Source: Escherichia coli O127:H6 str. E2348/69 | GTDB lineage: Bacteria > Pseudomonadota > Gammaproteobacteria > Enterobacterales > Enterobacteriaceae | DNA length: 64,000 bases | NCBI RefSeq assembly: GCF_000026545.1 | Contig: NC_011601.1 | Direction: 5' to 3' (one strand) | In this document: positions 47,478 to 57,679 of the stretch, piece by piece | Layout of the letters: each line of letters opens with the position of its first letter | Position numbering within the stretch: position 1 is the first letter of the stretch | The notes under the pieces: model-generated | The model's input: only the letters and a program-made list of their open reading frames with translations | Databases searched by the model: none | What the model was told of the DNA's origin: nothing | Made by a program: the position numbers and the translations under genes

Positions 47478-49784
47478 ATGGATACATGGGAGTGGTACAA
47501 CAAATATAGTCAAGAGTTGCGTGATGCCGGGCAAGAATATATTCCGCAGCTTATTGATGATTTTTCAGAAAGTGTTTTGCACCTACAAATAGAAAAATGT
47601 GATTCGCTATTGCCGGAAATGAAAGCACTGAATCAAGTCGCCAAAAATCCGTGGCTGGAAATATTTATTGGTCACTGGGAAATGCGTCATCGCCTGACTA
47701 ACTATGAAGAAGGTGAAAAGGTGCTGCCAGACGTGGTAGCGCTGTTTGAAAAAGCGCATCGGGAAGAGGCGAAAGATTGCCCGCAATCTATCTGCGTTAC
47801 CCAGGATTTATCAGCCTGCTACGAAAATATTGACGCACCAGGCTGGGCGAATGAACGCATGGCGGTGTGTGAAGAAACCATCGCGCGCATTGATCCGACC
47901 TGGAGCTGTTTTCAGTGTTTGTCCACTGAATATGCCAGCGCACTGATAGATTCCAAAAGAACAGAGGAGGCACTGGCTTATCTGGATCGGCAAATCGACG
48001 CAGTTAAAGCAGCCGGGAAAGATGATATTGATCCATTACTTTATACTCGCGCCGATATTCTGATTGAACTTCAGCGTTATGATGAAGCACGCAAATTGAT
48101 TGATGAGCTGACAGAAGCCAATGATTACTGGGGCCGCGACCGCATTAGTAATCACCTAAAAAAACTGTACATCATGGCGTTATGCGGGCAGGACGAAGAA
48201 GTCTGGGAGGAATTACCGCGTTGGTCCGATCTGACTCCGCATTCATGGGGGTCATGGCTGAAAATCATTACTGTGTTACTTCCCCGTCATCCACAAAGAA
48301 ACAACTGGCAACTGGCGCGCATCATCCAGAAAATGCTGGAGCAACGTTCACAGGCCGGGGCGCATCGAAAAGTGGTTAATCTGGCAAAACTACAAATCAC
48401 CCTGGCGCTGGAGCGTGAATCCGTCTGGGTTGCCAAAATAGCGATGAAACTGGCCCAGCGACACATGCCAAAATTACGCGCGTTACTGGGCGTCGATCGC
48501 GAGTTTCTCGAACTTAGCGAAAAAATCGCCACCAAAGAAGCAGAGTTGCTTGCTCGTCCGGTTGTAGAAGTACCTGAAAATAGCGACGAAGAAACGCAGC
48601 CAGATCCAGAAAAAGACGTCGAAATATTCCGCCGCGCTTATCTGAACACACCAGACGATGCAGAGTTACTGGGCAAACTGGTCAATGCGTTAAATGCCTG
48701 TAATGCGATTAATGAGTCAATTGAACTTCTGCAACGCTATGTTGAAAGCCACCTCCATGAAGATAATGGTCTTTGCTTCGATCTGTTGGATTTATTGCTC
48801 CACCGTGACGATCTGCAAACCATTGAGCACCTGGCGAAGCAGTATGAACAGGCGGGGCTGCTACATATGGCCTTGTGGTTCCGGGCGCGAGTGATCAACC
48901 AACAGGAAGACTGGAGTGAACTGGAGTCGATTGGACAACAGTTGCTGCAAAACGAAAAAGGGCGTGAGTGGGTTGGCGTTTATCGCATGTGCTCCTGGGC
49001 AGCACAAAAACAGGAAGCCTGGGATCGACAGCTGGATTATTTACAACAATTGCAGCAACTGATGATTAGCCGTGAAGAAGATATTCGTAATCTCCAGTGG
49101 GATATCATGGCGACCGCCAGCATCCTGCAACAATGGGATTTGGTTCGTGCTATTGCTGCTGAACTGGAAATCGAACTCACGGAAGGTGAAGGTTTTATTG
49201 ACGAAAAATGGGGGCTGCTAAACATTCGCTTCCGGGAAAATTATGAATACCGCTATTACTATGCTCAACGTATTGGGCCGGTAACCGCAAGGATCATTGA
49301 GCCAACTTACCGGACCGATTATCCGCAACATGTTGATGAGGTTGTGGTATTCGATGCAGAAATGTTGAATACCCGACCAGAGGATGAGGAAGAGCAGAAG
49401 AATTTCACTCCGCTTTATGGGTGCCTGAAAACCATTATCCCGACCGAATACGGCGAGTCCTGGTTCTGCGAAGGTGTCATGCCTGGTGAAGAAGAGTTTA
49501 ATACTTTCCGTGAGGCGCTCCGTGAACGAAACTGGTACTACTGGAGCAACAGTAATGACGACTATACGTTAACGGACAGTCATCAAGGAGAAGGCGCTGA
49601 GCCGCTGTCTGCATTCTATTTTGTTATCAGTGCGCCGCGTTCAGTTTCTAAAGGTGATATCGACAAGACCTTGCACGAATTGACCGCTGACTGGAAACAT
49701 CCGTTGTGCTGGTGGCGTCTTGCCAAAGAAGCCGGGGCGAATGAAGAGAAACATGCTGCTATTGCCGAGAGATATGGAATGTAA
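47478..49784 (+). CDS. Large hypothetical protein (768 aa), predicted alpha-helical/TPR-like with Cys cluster; translationally coupled to the Hsp90 paralog
   Basis: ATG 1 nt after the upstream stop, with an AAGGAAAA Shine-Dalgarno inside the upstream gene; helix-rich composition, Cys-rich stretch (DCPQSIC...SACYEN...AVCEET...WSCFQC), acidic segment (PENSDEETQPDPEKD); no catalytic motif recognised by eye. Confidence 0.6.
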   Translation: MDTWEWYNKYSQELRDAGQEYIPQLIDDFSESVLHLQIEKCDSLLPEMKALNQVAKNPWLEIFIGHWEMRHRLTNYEEGEKVLPDVVALFEKAHREEAKDCPQSICVTQDLSACYENIDAPGWANERMAVCEETIARIDPTWSCFQCLSTEYASALIDSKRTEEALAYLDRQIDAVKAAGKDDIDPLLYTRADILIELQRYDEARKLIDELTEANDYWGRDRISNHLKKLYIMALCGQDEEVWEELPRWSDLTPHSWGSWLKIITVLLPRHPQRNNWQLARIIQKMLEQRSQAGAHRKVVNLAKLQITLALERESVWVAKIAMKLAQRHMPKLRALLGVDREFLELSEKIATKEAELLARPVVEVPENSDEETQPDPEKDVEIFRRAYLNTPDDAELLGKLVNALNACNAINESIELLQRYVESHLHEDNGLCFDLLDLLLHRDDLQTIEHLAKQYEQAGLLHMALWFRARVINQQEDWSELESIGQQLLQNEKGREWVGVYRMCSWAAQKQEAWDRQLDYLQQLQQLMISREEDIRNLQWDIMATASILQQWDLVRAIAAELEIELTEGEGFIDEKWGLLNIRFRENYEYRYYYAQRIGPVTARIIEPTYRTDYPQHVDEVVVFDAEMLNTRPEDEEEQKNFTPLYGCLKTIIPTEYGESWFCEGVMPGEEEFNTFREALRERNWYYWSNSNDDYTLTDSHQGEGAEPLSAFYFVISAPRSVSKGDIDKTLHELTADWKHPLCWWRLAKEAGANEEKHAAIAERYGM

Positions 49785-49881
49785 GCGGCACTAACGTTTG
49801 TCCGACTCTGGTGTAGCTGAACGGTGAAATCCCAGGTCGGACAACAAACCGTACTAACGGGGGGCCCAAAAATTGTGTCTC

Positions 49882-51630
49882 TCACCCCTGACGAAGTAAC
49901 GCCATAAACGCTTCATACCCTGTTAACCTGGCAATAGTTTCCGCCGGATGCTGACACAGGACGCTGGCAAGATAGCTGAATATTTTCAACTCGTGACGCG
50001 CATCGGCGGCGGCACAGGCGATCAACACGTGGTTAATGACTTCGTTATTCACCTCGATCGGGTGGGCGAGGGTAATAAAAAATCCACGAAAACGTCGCTC
50101 CTGCTCGCTCCAGCAATGTGGGATGGCGAGGCGATTAACAATCAGGTTTTCACCTTCGCCTTCGCGGGCGATGATGCGTTGTGCTTCATCGGTGGTAATA
50201 TGGTGTTGCGTCACTAATTGCGCACAAATTTGCCGGGTAATATGTTGCCAGCTTTCACCGCGTACATTCGAATAATGAAAACTTCCGGGGGCAGAGAAAA
50301 AACGCTCCGGTTGCTGGCGAATAAATGCCGTCGCCAGAAAATGTTTTATTTGTTCGATACCGGCAGCCGTAATGATATTTTTTACGGTGATGTAATTATT
50401 TACCGCGTCATCCAGTAAATAATGGCTGTTGTTAATGATCAATAACGGCTCAATTTCTTCGCGAATGGCAACAAGTTCGCTTAAGCTACGGGCAATAATC
50501 ACCCGACAATTTAAAACATCGCGCTCAATGGCGAGCTGATTAATAGTGGCAATCGCGTTCTGATCAGAGAGCAAAATGATCGGCTGGCGTTCGTTTTGAT
50601 GCCGTTCCAGCGCACAGGCAAAATACAAACCGATCAGATCGCTGTCGAAAAGGGGAATATCGAGTTGTTCACGCAGTAGCGTAATAAAGTGCAGACTCAT
50701 ATCAAAGGCCGCAGGCCAGGCGGCTTTCAGGTTATTCATGCTGCTTTGGCGGTGCTCACCAATCCACACCGGCGCGGCAAGGCAACGTAATAAATGCCCG
50801 GTAATATTCTCAACCAGCTGCGTATCAATAATATTCAATGACGCGATGCCCGGCACCCTTTGCAGCAACCCCTGCACATTATCGGCAGAAATTACCTGTG
50901 CTTGCTGATGCTGTTTCTCTATCAAACCTGTCAGGGTTCTTACAGCGTTATCACCAAGAAACATGCCGCTTTGTTCAACGATTTGTTTTATCTCGTCACC
51001 GGGATATTGCGGCCACTCATCGGTCAGTTGATTACGCAGGGCGTAAATAGCCAGTATCAGGCTGGAGAGATAATCACCCTGCATAAGCGGCAAGCGGTGT
51101 TGGTTGTCGCAGGCTGTGGATAAATGCTGAAGGTTGTCTCGTGTTACGCCAGCCAGAGGAATTAAAAACGGATCTTTGCGCAGCAAGTTCGCCAGCAAAA
51201 TAACGCGTTTCTCTTCTGTCTCATCAATGAAATGGCCCAAACCGGGGCGACTGGCCAGGCAGCAAGTGCGCTCATAACGTTGCTTTAATCGTGGCAGACG
51301 CTCTGCGACCCACGTTTCTGGCAAATTAAGCGCCGAGGCGAGCTGCGCACGGGGAGTAAAGGTATTCAGTAATAACAACGCCAGCAGCCGATCGTCGTTA
51401 TCGTGCTTTTGCAGCAACTGAAAAAAGCTGCGGCGCTCGAAGATTTCCAGCTGATAGCCCGCACTACCACTGGCAGAAATGCGGGCTTTGCCGTTAAGGG
51501 TAAAGTTGAGATAGTCAATATCACGCAGTATGGTCCTGCCAGAAACGCCAGTCTGTTGCGCCAGCTCACCAGGCGTGCGCGGCTGTTGCTCCAGCAGATC
51601 GACAATCTTTAACTGGCGTTCGTTTAGCAT
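49882..51630 (-). CDS. frvR: Transcriptional regulator FrvR (HTH plus PRD/PTS regulatory domains)
   Basis: 582-aa ORF with N-terminal HTH (…ELAQQTGVSGRTILRDIDYL…); last gene of the frvABXR operon. Confidence 0.88.
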   Translation of the reverse strand: MLNERQLKIVDLLEQQPRTPGELAQQTGVSGRTILRDIDYLNFTLNGKARISASGSAGYQLEIFERRSFFQLLQKHDNDDRLLALLLLNTFTPRAQLASALNLPETWVAERLPRLKQRYERTCCLASRPGLGHFIDETEEKRVILLANLLRKDPFLIPLAGVTRDNLQHLSTACDNQHRLPLMQGDYLSSLILAIYALRNQLTDEWPQYPGDEIKQIVEQSGMFLGDNAVRTLTGLIEKQHQQAQVISADNVQGLLQRVPGIASLNIIDTQLVENITGHLLRCLAAPVWIGEHRQSSMNNLKAAWPAAFDMSLHFITLLREQLDIPLFDSDLIGLYFACALERHQNERQPIILLSDQNAIATINQLAIERDVLNCRVIIARSLSELVAIREEIEPLLIINNSHYLLDDAVNNYITVKNIITAAGIEQIKHFLATAFIRQQPERFFSAPGSFHYSNVRGESWQHITRQICAQLVTQHHITTDEAQRIIAREGEGENLIVNRLAIPHCWSEQERRFRGFFITLAHPIEVNNEVINHVLIACAAADARHELKIFSYLASVLCQHPAETIARLTGYEAFMALLRQG

Positions 51631-52706
51631 TAATCCACCTGACGGAACTGGCTAAACGCGTTGACTTTCTCCGCAGTTAAGGTCGTCAGAAAATCCCGTA
51701 TCAGCATGAGCAGAGCATCGTAATCGGCTTTTGAAATCATGCCGCTGTTAGCGTGCAGATAACGAGTTGGCAGACACAGCGCAACAACCGGACGCCCGCC
51801 GCCCATTACGTTGTAGCGCCCGCCATCCGTCGCACCGGTTTTCATGGTGGAAAATTGCAGCGGTAAATCATTCTGCGTGGCACAGCTTTTTAACGCCACC
51901 ACCAGCTTCTGGTTGGGGAAGTAGCGTTTATCAAACAGCATCAGCCCCGGCCCCTGGCCCAGTTTTAGCGGGTATTTAATGTTATCAATGCCCGGAACAT
52001 CGCCTGCGACGGCGGTATCCAGCACGATCACAACATCCGGTTTAATGTGTTCCGCCGAGGTTTGCGCCCCGCGCAGGCCAACTTCTTCTTCCACACTGCC
52101 AACGCCATACAGCGTAATTTCGGGATTATTCACCGTCTGCAATAGCTCAGCCATCATTGCGCAGCCGATGCGGTTATCCAACGCCTTGCCGACCACTTTA
52201 TCTTCGCCCCAGCAGGCAAAATTGGCTTCCGGGCTAATAAAATTACCAATTTCCACGCCGCATTTTTCCGCTTCTTCGCGGCTGTTCGCGCCAATATCAA
52301 TGAACATCTCATCAAATGACAGCGGTTGTTGCTTTTGCTTTTCGGTTAACGCATGTGGCGCGACGGAACCAATCACACCAAGGATTTTAAATCCCTTGTG
52401 TGTGCGTATGGTTACCCGGTGGTTGAGCATCGACTGATTCCACCAGCCACCAATGGTGGTGAAACGCAGAAAACCGCTCTCGTCGATGTGGGTGACCATA
52501 AAGCCGACTTCATCCATATGCCCGACAACGGCAACTTTTGGACCTTTATTCCCCTTACGGGCAACAAAGCTGCCCAGACCATCAAAGGTGATCTCATTAA
52601 TGCAAGGTTCCAGCGTGTTTATCAGAATGTCGCGAACTTCCTGTTCATCGCCGCTAACGGCGCTGGCTTCGCACAACTGTTGCAGTAACTCAATGTTCAT
52701 GGACAA
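51630..52706 (-). CDS. frvX: M42-family aminopeptidase/cellulase-like protein FrvX
   Basis: About 356 aa with M42 peptidase features (metal-binding His/Asp/Glu); operon position. Confidence 0.88.
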   Translation of the reverse strand: MSMNIELLQQLCEASAVSGDEQEVRDILINTLEPCINEITFDGLGSFVARKGNKGPKVAVVGHMDEVGFMVTHIDESGFLRFTTIGGWWNQSMLNHRVTIRTHKGFKILGVIGSVAPHALTEKQKQQPLSFDEMFIDIGANSREEAEKCGVEIGNFISPEANFACWGEDKVVGKALDNRIGCAMMAELLQTVNNPEITLYGVGSVEEEVGLRGAQTSAEHIKPDVVIVLDTAVAGDVPGIDNIKYPLKLGQGPGLMLFDKRYFPNQKLVVALKSCATQNDLPLQFSTMKTGATDGGRYNVMGGGRPVVALCLPTRYLHANSGMISKADYDALLMLIRDFLTTLTAEKVNAFSQFRQVD

Positions 52707-54141
52707 GCTCCTGTTGTGCGGCTTTCGCTTTGCGGCGTAACCACAATCCTTTCAGGACGATAATGAATGAAATGTTCAGCGCCAGACCAATCGCCAGCAC
52801 CAGATAAAACGAACCTACCGGCGACATCAGGCCGATCAGCGGGTCAAAGATACCTAAACCCGGTGCCAGACGTTTGATTCCGAAAGCGATCACCAGCACG
52901 CCGGTAATGCCGCCCGCCAGCGTATTGGCGGTAATCATCGGCAACGGAGCTGCCAGAGCGTAAGGAATAGCTGGTTCGGTTGCGACTGTGGCACCGACCA
53001 CAATGGCACTACTGGCAGCCTCTTTTTCCTGTTGAGTAAACAGTTTGGGCGCAATGAACGTCGCAAGACCCGACGCGACGGGCGGCATCAGCGCGACAAC
53101 GCCGACGATGGCGTACCAGTCATAAATGTGTTTTTCCAGCAGCGAGAAGCAGAAGAACCAGGCAGTTTTGTTGATGGGGCCGCCCATATCGAACGCCAGC
53201 ATCGCACCAACCAGAAACGCCGCCGCAAACTTCATTGACGGAGGAATAGTATTCAGGAAGTGCAGCAGCCCGCCCATGAGGTCGGACATCACCGGCCCGA
53301 TAACGTAGTAAGTGAGCACGCCAAAAACCAGCAGAGTAACGAACGGGATCAGCATTGAACCGAGCAGCGGTTGTAATGCTTTGCCAAGGCGCACTTTGCG
53401 GAACCAGAAGACGAAGTAGCCAATTGCCAGCCCCAGCACCACCGCACCGAGGAAGCCCGCGCCAGACTGGGTGCCGAGCAACGCTTTGTCGTTCGCCAGA
53501 TAGCAAACCAGAAACGCCGGAGCGAAAGCGGGTTTATCGGCAATCGACGAGGCAATATAAGCGCCCATGATGGGGATCATAAAGGTGAAGCCGAGATAAC
53601 CGATGGATTCAACCACCCAGGTAAACGACGGCGCGCCTTTCGACATATCGGTATACGGCAAACCGAACTGCACCAGCATGTTGGCAAGCGCCACCAGAAT
53701 ACCGCCGCCGATGACAAACGGCAGTGCCGCAGAGACGCCCGCCATCAGGTGGCTCATCACGCTGCCGCTTTGTACTTCCTGTTTGCCGAGCTTTACGCCG
53801 CTATCTGCGGCAAAAAGCTGCGAGTTTGTCGGTAATTCACTGAAAATCTGGTCGATATTTTTCAACGCCTGGGAGATGGCAATCTCATAAACCTTCTTCC
53901 CGGCAAACCGCGCGCGATCGTCGCCGCTCAGACCACGCCCGGTGGCGAGAATCACGTAATCGGCAGCGGCAATCTCTTCGCTGGATAAGCGGTTTTCAAC
54001 GCCGCTTGATCCTTGAGTTTCCACTTTAATGGTATAGCCGAGAGAACGGGCTTTCTGTTCCAGGGCTTCCGCCACCATGTAGGTGTGAGCGATCCCGGCA
54101 GGGCAGTTGGTGATCGCGACAATACGTAAGGATGACTCCAT
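52690..54141 (-). CDS. frvB: PTS fructose-like permease EIIBC component FrvB
   Basis: 483-aa ORF: N-terminal EIIB-like domain with a conserved Cys (IVAITNCPAGIAHTYM) followed by a multi-pass EIIC domain. Confidence 0.9.
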   Translation of the reverse strand: MESSLRIVAITNCPAGIAHTYMVAEALEQKARSLGYTIKVETQGSSGVENRLSSEEIAAADYVILATGRGLSGDDRARFAGKKVYEIAISQALKNIDQIFSELPTNSQLFAADSGVKLGKQEVQSGSVMSHLMAGVSAALPFVIGGGILVALANMLVQFGLPYTDMSKGAPSFTWVVESIGYLGFTFMIPIMGAYIASSIADKPAFAPAFLVCYLANDKALLGTQSGAGFLGAVVLGLAIGYFVFWFRKVRLGKALQPLLGSMLIPFVTLLVFGVLTYYVIGPVMSDLMGGLLHFLNTIPPSMKFAAAFLVGAMLAFDMGGPINKTAWFFCFSLLEKHIYDWYAIVGVVALMPPVASGLATFIAPKLFTQQEKEAASSAIVVGATVATEPAIPYALAAPLPMITANTLAGGITGVLVIAFGIKRLAPGLGIFDPLIGLMSPVGSFYLVLAIGLALNISFIIVLKGLWLRRKAKAAQQELVHEH

Positions 54142-54151
54142 CGCTACGTCC

Positions 54152-54598
54152 TTATGAGCTGAGGGTTTGATTTAACAAAGCAAGCACCTGGTCGGCGTCG
54201 CCCTGTCGCAGTTGGTTGATAAAATCCTGGTGGATAATTTTGCGACATAGTGTGCCGATGAGTTTGACCTGATCCTCTTCGCCGCTTTGCGGTACGCCGA
54301 GGCAGATCCAGCAATTGACGTCTTCGCCATCGCTGGCTTGCCAGTCAATGGCTTGTGTTTTACGTGCGAACAGCACGAACGGTTGTTTAACGCAGGCGCT
54401 TTTACCGTGCGGTACGGCGATGCCGGAACCAAAACCGGTGGAGTGCATTTTTTCGCGCAGTAGTAACGTTTGCAGGAATTGGTGTGAGTCGGTGATAAAA
54501 CCGTTTTGTAACGCTATTGTCGCCAGTTGCTTCAGAATGGAATAAGCGCCGTTGCCCTGAATATTCAGGTCAATACAGCTTGCAGTAAGTGCTGCCAT
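54152..54598 (-). CDS. frvA: PTS fructose-like EIIA component FrvA
   Basis: 148-aa ORF with the PTS EIIA(Fru/Mtl) phosphorylation-site histidine region (FGSGIAVPHGKS). Confidence 0.9.
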   Translation of the reverse strand: MAALTASCIDLNIQGNGAYSILKQLATIALQNGFITDSHQFLQTLLLREKMHSTGFGSGIAVPHGKSACVKQPFVLFARKTQAIDWQASDGEDVNCWICLGVPQSGEEDQVKLIGTLCRKIIHQDFINQLRQGDADQVLALLNQTLSS

Positions 54599-55073
54599 TA
54601 TCAGACTCCATGAAAAATATTTCAGTTAATTGTAATCGCGGGGCGGGTTTGTGATGAGCGCGGATATGTCACGAAGTCGCGACAATATAAAGCAGAGTGA
54701 AAGGTAAAATTTGCGGTACCAGACACATATCAGTAGATAAAATAAACTTTGTGAATAAAGTATTATTATTTAATGATTTTGTGAATGTTTAAATGCCCAG
54801 GATATCTTGCCATAACGTTATTTATATTTGTGGCTTATGAGTCAGCGTGAATTATATCTAATATTTTTTACGATATTTAGTTAAAAACGGCACTATTGTT
54901 ATATTCCTCACATTCCAGGAAATCAGCGGATTTACTCATATTATGCAGCGGGATACTATCCATCGGCCTGCTGAAGTTGGATTAAAAATTCGAAAGTGCA
55001 CACCTTATATTTCTCTATATACGTATTCCTTTTGGAAAGCGTAGGGTCTCCTTTATTTCAGGGAACGTAAATA

Positions 55074-56468
55074 ATGAAAAAATCGACATTATCTTTAGCC
55101 ATCGGTTTATTATTGGCATGTAGTACCGGTATGGCAAAAACACAGCATTTAACGCTGGAACAACGCATGGCATTGCTGGAAGAACGCCTGGAAGCGGCAG
55201 AAATGCGGGCAGCAAAAGCAGAGGGGCAGGTTAAACAGCTTCAGACACAACAAGCCGCCGAGATCCGCGAAATTAAGATCGCACAGGGCAACACGCCGGT
55301 AAACGGTCAATCAACGACGGAGTCAGAGAAGAAAAACGCCACCCCGCCTAATCTCCTGCTTTCAGGGTATGGCGATTTAAAAATCTACGGTGACGTAGAA
55401 TTTAATATGGATGCGGAAAGTAATCATGGCCTGCTGGCAATGACCAACGCTGATGTGAATAGCGATCCCACTAATGAACAGTGGAATCTCAATGGTCGTA
55501 TTCTGTTAGGTTTTGATGGTATGCGAAAACTGGATAATGGCTATTTCGCTGGGTTCTCCGTACAACCGCTGGGGGATATGCACGGTTCAGTAAATATCGA
55601 TGATGCGGTTTTCTTCTTTGGCAAAGAAAACGACTGGAAGGTCAAAGTAGGCCGTTTTGAAGCCTACGATATGTTCCCGCTGAATCAGGATACCTTTGTT
55701 GAACATTCCGGTAATACTGCGAACGATCTTTATGACGATGGCAGCGGTTATATCTATATGATGAAAGAGGGCCGCGGGCGTTCTAACGCTGGCGGTAATT
55801 TCCTCGTCAGCAAACAACTCGATAACTGGTATTTTGAATTAAACACGTTACTTGAAGACGGAACATCTTTATATAATGACGGTAATTATCATGGACGCGA
55901 TATGGAGCAGCAGAAAAATGTTGCTTATCTGCGTCCGGTAATTGCCTGGTCGCCGACGGAAGAATTCACCGTTTCCGCAGCGATGGAAGCGAACGTAGTA
56001 AATAATGCTTATGGTTATACCGATAGCAAGGGTAATTTTGTCGATCAGTCCGATCGTACCGGCTATGGTATGAGCATGACCTGGAATGGCCTGAAAACGG
56101 ATCCGGAAAATGGCGTCGTGGTTAATCTTAATACCGCCTATTTAGATGCTAATAATGAGAAAGATTTCACTGCCGGGATTAACGCGCTGTGGAAACGTTT
56201 CGAGCTGGGTTATATCTACGCACATAATAAGATTGATGAATTTAGTGGCGTGGTTTGTGATAACGATTGCTGGATTGATGATGAAGGAACATACAACATT
56301 CACACCATTCATGCGTCTTATCAGTTCGCTAATGTGATGGATATGGAGAACTTTAATATTTACCTCGGCACGTATTACTCCATTCTGGATAGCGACGGCG
56401 ATAAGATACACGGCGACGATAGTGATGACCGTTACGGCGCACGCGTTCGCTTTAAATACTTCTTCTGA
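55074..56468 (+). CDS. Putative outer-membrane glycoporin (ScrY/RafY-like) with N-terminal coiled-coil
   Basis: 464-aa ORF with a signal peptide (MKKSTLSLAIGLLLACSTGMA), a charged heptad-like stretch (LEQRMALLEERLEAAEMRAAKAEGQVKQLQ), Gly/Tyr/Asn-rich beta-strand-like body and C-terminal aromatic ending ...RFKYFF typical of outer-membrane beta-barrels. Confidence 0.65.
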   Translation: MKKSTLSLAIGLLLACSTGMAKTQHLTLEQRMALLEERLEAAEMRAAKAEGQVKQLQTQQAAEIREIKIAQGNTPVNGQSTTESEKKNATPPNLLLSGYGDLKIYGDVEFNMDAESNHGLLAMTNADVNSDPTNEQWNLNGRILLGFDGMRKLDNGYFAGFSVQPLGDMHGSVNIDDAVFFFGKENDWKVKVGRFEAYDMFPLNQDTFVEHSGNTANDLYDDGSGYIYMMKEGRGRSNAGGNFLVSKQLDNWYFELNTLLEDGTSLYNDGNYHGRDMEQQKNVAYLRPVIAWSPTEEFTVSAAMEANVVNNAYGYTDSKGNFVDQSDRTGYGMSMTWNGLKTDPENGVVVNLNTAYLDANNEKDFTAGINALWKRFELGYIYAHNKIDEFSGVVCDNDCWIDDEGTYNIHTIHASYQFANVMDMENFNIYLGTYYSILDSDGDKIHGDDSDDRYGARVRFKYFF

Positions 56469-56508
56469 TGAAAGGGCGGTGCTGGATATTATCCGGCACC
56501 GCAACTCA

Positions 56509-56823
56509 TTAAGGCAGGTAAAACACTTCTTGCAGTTCGCTACTGACTGGGCTGTTATCCGCATTAGCGGGCATAACGTCGATCATATATTTCCACCAAC
56601 GTTGGCAAACATCTGTACTGGCAACCGCATTCCACCGCTCTTCAGATTCAATCTCTATCGTGGCAAATAGCAGATTACGCGCTTTGTCGAGATAGATGGC
56701 GTAGTTATGCGCACCGTGAGATTTCAGCACTGCTTCCAGTTCCGGCCAGATGGGATTATGCCGACGCTGATACTCTTCGTGGGCGTCGGGGTTTACCTGC
56801 ATGACAAAGGCTTTGCGGATCAT
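56509..56823 (-). CDS. rhaM: L-rhamnose mutarotase
   Basis: 104-aa [33 protein letters not shown]... recognised as RhaM/YiiL; immediately downstream of rhaD. Confidence 0.9.
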   Translation of the reverse strand: MIRKAFVMQVNPDAHEEYQRRHNPIWPELEAVLKSHGAHNYAIYLDKARNLLFATIEIESEERWNAVASTDVCQRWWKYMIDVMPANADNSPVSSELQEVFYLP

Positions 56824-56832
56824 GTTTGCTCC

Positions 56833-57657
56833 TTACAGCGCCAGCGCACTGGCGAGTGGTGTAACGCCGAAACGCTGGCCGAGCGCTATCAACTCTTCAC
56901 GACTGATGGTCTGTTTCATGCCGCCCATCGAATAAACCTTCACTAATACTTGTGCTGATTTTTCTGCGGTGTCGATTAAACCGAATGTTTCATCCAGTGT
57001 CGGACCGCTGCCGAAGACGCCGTGGAAGGGCCACAACACCAGCGAATGTTTTTGCATTTCCTGTGCGGTCGCCTGGCCGATTTCGTCCGTGCCGGGCACC
57101 ATCCACGGCAGAATTCCAACGCCATCCGGGAACACTACCAGACACTCGGTGCTGCCTTCCCAAAGCTGGCGAGTGAAGACCGCGGTGTCGTTTTCCAGTA
57201 CGTAGGTAAGGGCGATCAGGTTGGTGGCATGGCAGTGCATGATCACCCGATCTTTACCGTTGGTGGCTTTAATGCGCTCGCAATGAGAGAGAAAGTGAGC
57301 CGGAAGTTCGGATGTCGGGACGGCTTCGTTGGTTAACCCCCAGAGAATATGGTAGCCCGCGCCGTCGCTGTCGACTTTTACGACGCCTAAGTTAGCCGCA
57401 GGATCAAGCTGGACGTTACGGAAGAATTTGCCGGAGCCGGTGACAATAAACGGTGTATTTGCCAGTAAAGGCATGGGCTGGCTGAGCGGGATATAGCGCG
57501 GTTGTGCATGAAAGTTGCCGTGATAAGGCGCGATATCGGCGTCATCCAGGCGCAGCGTCAGGTTACCACCATTGCGCTCGTCCCAGCCTTTCAGCCAGGC
57601 ATCGGTGGTGGCTTTGATCATTCCCTGGACAAACCAGGACTGGGTTATGTTTTGCAT
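56833..57657 (-). CDS. rhaD: Rhamnulose-1-phosphate aldolase
   Basis: 274-aa class II aldolase ORF; operon rhaBAD. Confidence 0.93.
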   Translation of the reverse strand: MQNITQSWFVQGMIKATTDAWLKGWDERNGGNLTLRLDDADIAPYHGNFHAQPRYIPLSQPMPLLANTPFIVTGSGKFFRNVQLDPAANLGVVKVDSDGAGYHILWGLTNEAVPTSELPAHFLSHCERIKATNGKDRVIMHCHATNLIALTYVLENDTAVFTRQLWEGSTECLVVFPDGVGILPWMVPGTDEIGQATAQEMQKHSLVLWPFHGVFGSGPTLDETFGLIDTAEKSAQVLVKVYSMGGMKQTISREELIALGQRFGVTPLASALAL

Positions 57658-57679
57658 GTTCTGTGTTCCTGTTAATTGG

